DNA of 64,000 bases from Nitrospirota bacterium. GTDB lineage: Bacteria > Nitrospirota > UBA9217. Positions within the stretch are counted from its first letter, which is position 1, and the number at the start of each line of letters is the position of its first letter. Below, one piece after another: positions 58,526 through 64,000 of this stretch. The notes under the pieces were generated by a model. It searched no databases. It was given only the letters and a program-made list of their open reading frames with translations, and was not told the origin of the DNA. A program made the translations under genes and the position numbers. Location of the stretch: NCBI GenBank assembly GCA_035623825.1, contig DASPSR010000007.1, forward strand, positions 128,001-192,000. Direction: 5' to 3'.

Positions 58526-61006
58526 ATGATGAAGAAATGGTTTGATAAAATCCTTGGAATAATCCATAAGTGGTATTTGTCGGCTTGGGAAAAGTTCAAG
58601 GTCTTCTGGTTCGCCTTTGCGCTTCCCTGGTTTAAGGACTTCACTCCCAAGAAGGCGTTAAAGATCCTCGTCATAGCATTTGTGGCCGGCATTCTCTTTA
58701 TCGCGCTCTTGTTCTACATTCTCTCTTTCGGCCTGCCCACGGTCGAATCGCTCAAGGACTACAAACCGAGCCCGGGTACGCTCATCTTGGCCGAGGACGG
58801 CAGGGTACTGGGTCAGGTGAAGATCGAGAAGGGCATCTACGTACCGCTTCAGCGGATCCCGAAGTTCATGGTGAACGCGCTGCTTGCGACCGAGGATCCG
58901 CGCTTCTACCAGCACAAGGGCATCGATTACCGCGGCATCATGCGAGCTGCGCTGAAAGACATTATGTCGGTCCGGCTGAAGCAGGGTGGCAGCACAATCA
59001 CGCAACAGCTCACGAAGGTGGTTTTCCTTTCCCCGGAACGGAAGTTCACACGCAAGATAAAAGAAATTATCCTTGCACGACGGTTGGAAAAAGAACTAAA
59101 CAAGGAGGAGATCCTCGAACTCTACCTGAACAAGATCTACTTCGGCCACGGAGCCTACGGCGTACAGATGGCTGCCAAGACATATTTCGGGAAAAACGCT
59201 TGGGAACTCAACCAGGCCGAGGCTGCGCTTCTTGCCGGTCTGCCAAAATCGCCCATGGTATACTCACCCTACAGCGATATCGACCTGACCAAACTGCGGC
59301 AGTGGCAGGTGCTCAAGAGGATGGTGGACGAAGGTTACCTGACCACCGACCAAAGCATGAAAATCTACAACCAGCCGCTTAATCTCGAGAACCTGAGGCC
59401 CCAGGAAGAGCTTGCGCCGCACCTCGTGGACTATATCCGCAAATACATCGAGAAGAAGTACGGGCCTGAAATGCTGTACCAGGATGGGCTCAAAGTCTAC
59501 ACGACGATCGACCTCGATCTTCAGCGGGCAGCGGTATCGGCACTTAGGGAAGGTCTTCGTTCGCTCGACAAACGGCAGGGGTTCCGCGGTCGCGTGGGCT
59601 TCAAGAAGCTCAAGTCCACGCCGATCCAGTGGGGTTCGCTCCATGTGATGGTAAAGCCCGGGGAAGGGTTCAACGCGCACGTGCTGGCGGTCGGCGATAA
59701 CTATATCACGGTCAGGGGTCGCGGGCTTGTCGGCTACATCATGCAGGAGGACATGGCCTGGGCACTCCTCAAGCATAAGAAGAAACGGGATGATCCTGAT
59801 GAATACAAGAAGCCTCAGGAGATCGTCCAGCCAGGCGACATCATCAGGGTTCGCTTAAAGGACTACGACAAGAAGCAGCAACTCGCCTCGTTTGTTCTGG
59901 ACCAGACGCCGCTCGTTGAAGGCGCCGTGGTGTCGATCGAGCCTTTCACCGGGTATGTGCGCGCCATGGTCGGCGGATATGACTTCGTCGAAGGAGGATT
60001 TAACCATGCTACCGAGGCCAAACGCCAGCCCGGATCGTCATTCAAGCCGTTCGTGTACGGCGCGGCGCTCGAAAACGGGTTCACTCCGGCCTCGATCCTC
60101 ATGGACCTGCCGGTAATCCATGAGAAGACCGAGTTCGAAAAGAAAGGATGGAAGCCCGAGAACTACGATGAGCGGTTCCTCGGCCCCATGCGGCTTAGGA
60201 CGGCGCTCGCGCTCTCACGGAACGCCGTCACCGTTGGTCTGCTTGAGAAGATCGGGCTGGACAAAGCCATTAACTTCGCGCGCAAGTGCGGCATCACCAG
60301 CCAGATCAGCTACGATTATACCACGGCCCTCGGCTCGTCTGCGGTCACGCCGCTGGAACTGACCTCTGCCTATGCCACGTTCGCCTCTCAGGGAGTGCAC
60401 ACCGAGCCCATCATCATTACGAGCATCATCGACGGCAAGGGTGCCGTGCTCGAGAGCTACCAGCCCAAGCCTGAGGAGACGATCGATAGGAACACGGCCT
60501 TTCTGGTCACGAGCCTGCTCAAGAGCGTGGTCGAGGAGGGCACGGGCAAGGGCGCACAGGTGCTTGGAAAGCCAATCGCGGGAAAGACCGGAACGACGAA
60601 CAATTATGTGGACGCATGGTTTGTCGGATACACCCCGAGCATCGTGACGGGCGTTTGGGTTGGATATGACAACGCTACGGCTTCACTCGGTGACCGGGAG
60701 ACCGGCGCGCGCGCAGCACTTCCAATCTGGATTTCTGTCATGGCCAAGGCGCTCGCAGGCAAGCCTGCCGAGGACTTCACGCCGACGGAAGACGTGGTCT
60801 TCGTGAAAATCGATCCCGAGACAGGGCTGCTCGCGCGGGAAGGCGCGCCAGATGCGGTAAGCGACGTCTTCCGCAAGGGCACCGAGCCTACGCAGTATGC
60901 CGATGCCAAGAAAGGGCAGAAAGCAGGCCAGTTCTATATGATTGATCAAGGAAGCCCCGTCGAAACAACGAAGAAAAAACAAGAGATGGACGAGGCTGCC
61001 GACTAA
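58526..61006 (+). CDS. mrcA: Penicillin-binding protein 1A
   Basis: TM anchor; GT51 motifs EDPRF, GGSTITQQL, RKIKE; transpeptidase SSFK, SRN, KTGT. Confidence 0.95.
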   Translation: MMKKWFDKILGIIHKWYLSAWEKFKVFWFAFALPWFKDFTPKKALKILVIAFVAGILFIALLFYILSFGLPTVESLKDYKPSPGTLILAEDGRVLGQVKIEKGIYVPLQRIPKFMVNALLATEDPRFYQHKGIDYRGIMRAALKDIMSVRLKQGGSTITQQLTKVVFLSPERKFTRKIKEIILARRLEKELNKEEILELYLNKIYFGHGAYGVQMAAKTYFGKNAWELNQAEAALLAGLPKSPMVYSPYSDIDLTKLRQWQVLKRMVDEGYLTTDQSMKIYNQPLNLENLRPQEELAPHLVDYIRKYIEKKYGPEMLYQDGLKVYTTIDLDLQRAAVSALREGLRSLDKRQGFRGRVGFKKLKSTPIQWGSLHVMVKPGEGFNAHVLAVGDNYITVRGRGLVGYIMQEDMAWALLKHKKKRDDPDEYKKPQEIVQPGDIIRVRLKDYDKKQQLASFVLDQTPLVEGAVVSIEPFTGYVRAMVGGYDFVEGGFNHATEAKRQPGSSFKPFVYGAALENGFTPASILMDLPVIHEKTEFEKKGWKPENYDERFLGPMRLRTALALSRNAVTVGLLEKIGLDKAINFARKCGITSQISYDYTTALGSSAVTPLELTSAYATFASQGVHTEPIIITSIIDGKGAVLESYQPKPEETIDRNTAFLVTSLLKSVVEEGTGKGAQVLGKPIAGKTGTTNNYVDAWFVGYTPSIVTGVWVGYDNATASLGDRETGARAALPIWISVMAKALAGKPAEDFTPTEDVVFVKIDPETGLLAREGAPDAVSDVFRKGTEPTQYADAKKGQKAGQFYMIDQGSPVETTKKKQEMDEAAD

Positions 61007-63792
61007 TGGATTACAAGACGACGCTCAATCTTCCCAAAACGGATTTCCCCATGAAGGCCAACCTCAAGGACCTCGAGCCCAGGGTCATCGAGAAATGGCA
61101 ACAGGAGAAGGTCTACGATCTCATTCAGAAGCAGGGTGAGGGCCGGAAGAGCTACATCCTGCACGACGGGCCGCCATATGCGAACGGCCACATTCACATC
61201 GGTCATGCGCTGAACAAGATCCTGAAGGACATCATTGTGAAGTACAAGTGCCTGCAGGGGTTCTCATCTCCTTACGTCCCCGGTTGGGACTGTCATGGAC
61301 TCCCTATCGAGCACCAAGTGATGAAGAACCTGGGGCCGAAGAAGGACGCCGTGAACCAGGTCGAGATCAGGAAACTCTGCCGCGACTACGCCGAGAAGTT
61401 CATCAACGTGCAGCGCGACGAGTTCAAGCGGCTCGGCGTGTTCGGCGACTGGGACAACCCCTATCTCACCATGAACAACGCCTACGAGGCGGCGATCGTT
61501 CGGGAACTCGGCAAGTTCGTGGGGGCCGGCGCTGTATATAAAGGGAAGAAGCCGGTTTACTGGTGCGGTTCCGACGAAACGGCGCTCGCCGAGGCAGAAG
61601 TGGAGTACGCTGACCACGAATCTCCCTCAATCTACGTGCGATTTCCGCTGCCTGACGCGGCAAAGGTGCTCCCCCCCCTCGCGGGAAAGAACGTCTCCAT
61701 CGTGATCTGGACTACCACACCTTGGACGCTTGTGTCGAACCTTGCCGTGGCTCTCCATCCCGAGTTCGATTATATCGCCGCTGATATTGGTTCCGGTTCG
61801 GTCCTGATCGTTGCCGAAGCGCTCCTTGCTCAGTCCATGCAGAAGTTTGGCATAAAAGATTATCAGGTTCTTCAGAAGTTTAAAGGCAGAAAGCTCGAAG
61901 GCCTCAAAGCGCGTCATCCCTTCCTTGATCGGGATTCCCTTGTTATCCTTGGCGAGCACGTGACCCTCGATGCAGGCACCGGGGCCGTGCACACGGCTCC
62001 GGGCCACGGCCAGGAGGACTATGAGATTGGGCTCAAATACGGCCTCGACATCTTTGCCCCTGTTGACCGGAAGGCTCGGTTTACGAAAGAAGCGGGTCAG
62101 TTTGCGGGCGAGCAGGTGTTCAAGGCGAACAAGGGGATCATCAGCCTTCTGCGAGAGAAACATGCCCTCCTTGCCGAAGAAAAGATTTCACATTCCTACC
62201 CGCATTGCTGGCGGTGCAAGAATCCCGTGATCTTCCGCGCGACCGAACAGTGGTTCATCTCCATGAAGACAAACAACCTGTTGAGGAAAACGGTCGAGAA
62301 TGTTCACACCGTGACATGGGTCCCAGCGTGGGGAAAGGACCGGTTCCTGAGCATGATCGAGAACCGGCCCGATTGGTGCATCTCGCGCCAGCGGGCATGG
62401 GGAGTGTCTATTGTTGCGTTCACGTGCAAGGACTGCGGCGGACTGCTCTTGGACGAGGCAATCATCGACCATGTGGCTTCGATTGTCGAGCAGGAAGGGG
62501 CCGACGTCTGGTTCACCAGGTCGGCCGAAGAACTGCTGCCTGCGGATGCCATGTGCAAGAAGTGCGGGAAAAAGAATTTTGCCAAGGAGATGGATATTCT
62601 CGACGTATGGTTCGATTCGGGCGTGAGCCACGCCGCGGTGCTCAAGCATCGCCGTGAACTGAACTGGCCGGCCGATATGTATCTCGAGGGGAGCGACCAG
62701 CATCGCGGATGGTTTCAGTCCTCGCTCCTCGCGTCAGTGGGCACTACGGGCCAGGCGCCATACCGCACCGTGCTGACGCACGGGTTCACCGTCGACGGAT
62801 CGGGTAAAAAGATGAGCAAGTCTGCCGGGAACGTGGTCGCACCACAGGAAGTTATCGACAAGTATGGAGCGGAGGTATTGAGGCTCTGGGTCTCTGCGGC
62901 GGACTACCGCGATGATATCAGAATCTCGCAGGAAATCCTCACGCATCTTGCCGAGGCGTACCGAAGGATCAGGAACACAAGCCGCTACCTCCTCGGCAAT
63001 CTCTCGGACTTCGATCCCGAAGAGGACGCAGTCGTGCACAAGGATCTCCTGGAGATCGATTGCTGGGCGCTTCACCGTTTGCAAAAGCTGATCCGGCGCG
63101 TCGAGAAGGCGTATGATGATTTTGAGTTCCACGTTGTGTTCCATTCCCTGCACAATTTCTGTGCTGTGGACATGAGCGCATTCTACCTTGACATCCTTAA
63201 GGACCGCCTCTATACAACGAAGACCGCGTCGCGCGAGCGGCGCTCTGGCCAGACAGTCATGCACGCTATACTCTCGGCCATGGTCCGACTCATGGCGCCG
63301 GTGCTGTCGTTCACCGCCGACGAAGTATGGGGCTACATGAAAGATGCTTCAAAGAAAGAGAGCGTTTTCCTCACGTCCTTCCCCAAAGCAGAAGTGAACT
63401 ATATCGATGAGGCACTCGAAGCGCGGTGGGATAAGATCATCGCGGTGCGCAGCGAAGTGGCGAAAGTGCTCGAAGCACTCCGACGGGACAAGGTAATCGG
63501 CCATTCGCTCGATGCCGGAGTCGCATTCTATGCCGGGCCCGAGCTCTCTGATTTCCTGAACTGTTACCGTAACGACCTTCCGTTCATCTTAATCGTTTCA
63601 TCCGTCACGATCGCAAAAGAGTCCGATGCGCCGGCAAATGCTTATACGAGCGACGTCATCAAGGGGCTCAAAATTACTGCCGGCCCGGCAAAGGGCGCAA
63701 AGTGCGGCCGCTGCTGGATGTATCAGGAAAGTGTCGGCACAGTGAAAGGGCATCCGCAGCTCTGCAGCAGGTGCGCCGGGAATCTGGTCTAG
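61006..63792 (+). CDS. ileS: Isoleucine--tRNA ligase (type 1)
   Basis: GPPYANGHIHIGH, GWDCHGLP, WTTTPWT, KMSKS, C-terminal CGRCW...CSRC. Confidence 0.98.
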   Translation: MDYKTTLNLPKTDFPMKANLKDLEPRVIEKWQQEKVYDLIQKQGEGRKSYILHDGPPYANGHIHIGHALNKILKDIIVKYKCLQGFSSPYVPGWDCHGLPIEHQVMKNLGPKKDAVNQVEIRKLCRDYAEKFINVQRDEFKRLGVFGDWDNPYLTMNNAYEAAIVRELGKFVGAGAVYKGKKPVYWCGSDETALAEAEVEYADHESPSIYVRFPLPDAAKVLPPLAGKNVSIVIWTTTPWTLVSNLAVALHPEFDYIAADIGSGSVLIVAEALLAQSMQKFGIKDYQVLQKFKGRKLEGLKARHPFLDRDSLVILGEHVTLDAGTGAVHTAPGHGQEDYEIGLKYGLDIFAPVDRKARFTKEAGQFAGEQVFKANKGIISLLREKHALLAEEKISHSYPHCWRCKNPVIFRATEQWFISMKTNNLLRKTVENVHTVTWVPAWGKDRFLSMIENRPDWCISRQRAWGVSIVAFTCKDCGGLLLDEAIIDHVASIVEQEGADVWFTRSAEELLPADAMCKKCGKKNFAKEMDILDVWFDSGVSHAAVLKHRRELNWPADMYLEGSDQHRGWFQSSLLASVGTTGQAPYRTVLTHGFTVDGSGKKMSKSAGNVVAPQEVIDKYGAEVLRLWVSAADYRDDIRISQEILTHLAEAYRRIRNTSRYLLGNLSDFDPEEDAVVHKDLLEIDCWALHRLQKLIRRVEKAYDDFEFHVVFHSLHNFCAVDMSAFYLDILKDRLYTTKTASRERRSGQTVMHAILSAMVRLMAPVLSFTADEVWGYMKDASKKESVFLTSFPKAEVNYIDEALEARWDKIIAVRSEVAKVLEALRRDKVIGHSLDAGVAFYAGPELSDFLNCYRNDLPFILIVSSVTIAKESDAPANAYTSDVIKGLKITAGPAKGAKCGRCWMYQESVGTVKGHPQLCSRCAGNLV

Positions 63793-63864
63793 GATAGTCG
63801 CTAAGACAAGGCGCGACGAAGAAAAAAATTGAGTCTCAGGGCCTTAGTGGCTGGAAAAGGTTTT

Positions 63865-64000
63865 ATGAAGAACAAATACCTGTGGGTCGGCCTGATCGTA
63901 GCCATTGTCCTGATCCTGGACCAGTGGACAAAGCATCTTGTCGATGTGCATCTCCGCAGACACGAGGTCATAACGGTCATCCCGGGTTTTTTCAACCTCA
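63865..64000 (+). CDS. lspA: Lipoprotein signal peptidase (5' part)
   Basis: MKNKYLWVGLIVAIVLILDQWTK...VIPGFFNL directly after ileS (conserved order). Confidence 0.88.
   Translation, partial: MKNKYLWVGLIVAIVLILDQWTKHLVDVHLRRHEVITVIPGFFNL

Noticed and set aside
1-64000. tRNA, rRNA, prophage or defence-system genes
   Set aside because: No cloverleaf or rRNA-like sequence and no phage or defence hallmark genes were recognised; the PLD and UvrD genes are not in a defence-like context.

Overview
A bacterial chromosomal window with moderately high GC. Gene content and order suggest an anaerobic or microaerobic Gram-negative organism of the Nitrospirota/deltaproteobacterial type (inference only). 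1-17.8 kb is a central-carbon cluster: sdhA (partial), sdhC, fumC, ACT-domain malic enzyme, glutamate dehydrogenase, aconitase and citrate synthase. It ends in an aldehyde dehydrogenase plus a ThDP enzyme that resemble the cyanobacterial succinic-semialdehyde dehydrogenase / 2-oxoglutarate decarboxylase TCA bypass. 17.8-27.4 kb is a decaying, partly AT-rich accessory island. It starts with a cluster of three Tn7-like TnsB sites (right-end-like, 17850-17920) and contains three co-oriented ~145-bp Tn7-like left ends (ending at 21746, 23344 and 25330), each with an IHF-like site. It also holds an integron-type gene cassette with attC, carbohydrate cargo genes and several pseudogene fragments; no transposase or integrase gene is present in the window. 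27-64 kb is mostly core genome: hybrid kinase, EndoQ-family nuclease plus compact UvrD (both ending in QxxL[FL] clamp-like motifs), pcnB, rsmE, rpiB-glyA-deaminase-nrdR-priA, EmrAB-TolC, DUF1848, cspA, TMTC-like protein, mltA, LonC-type protease, PBP1A-ileS-lspA. I saw no rRNA, tRNA or CRISPR array. All family assignments come from reading motifs by eye, not from database searches.
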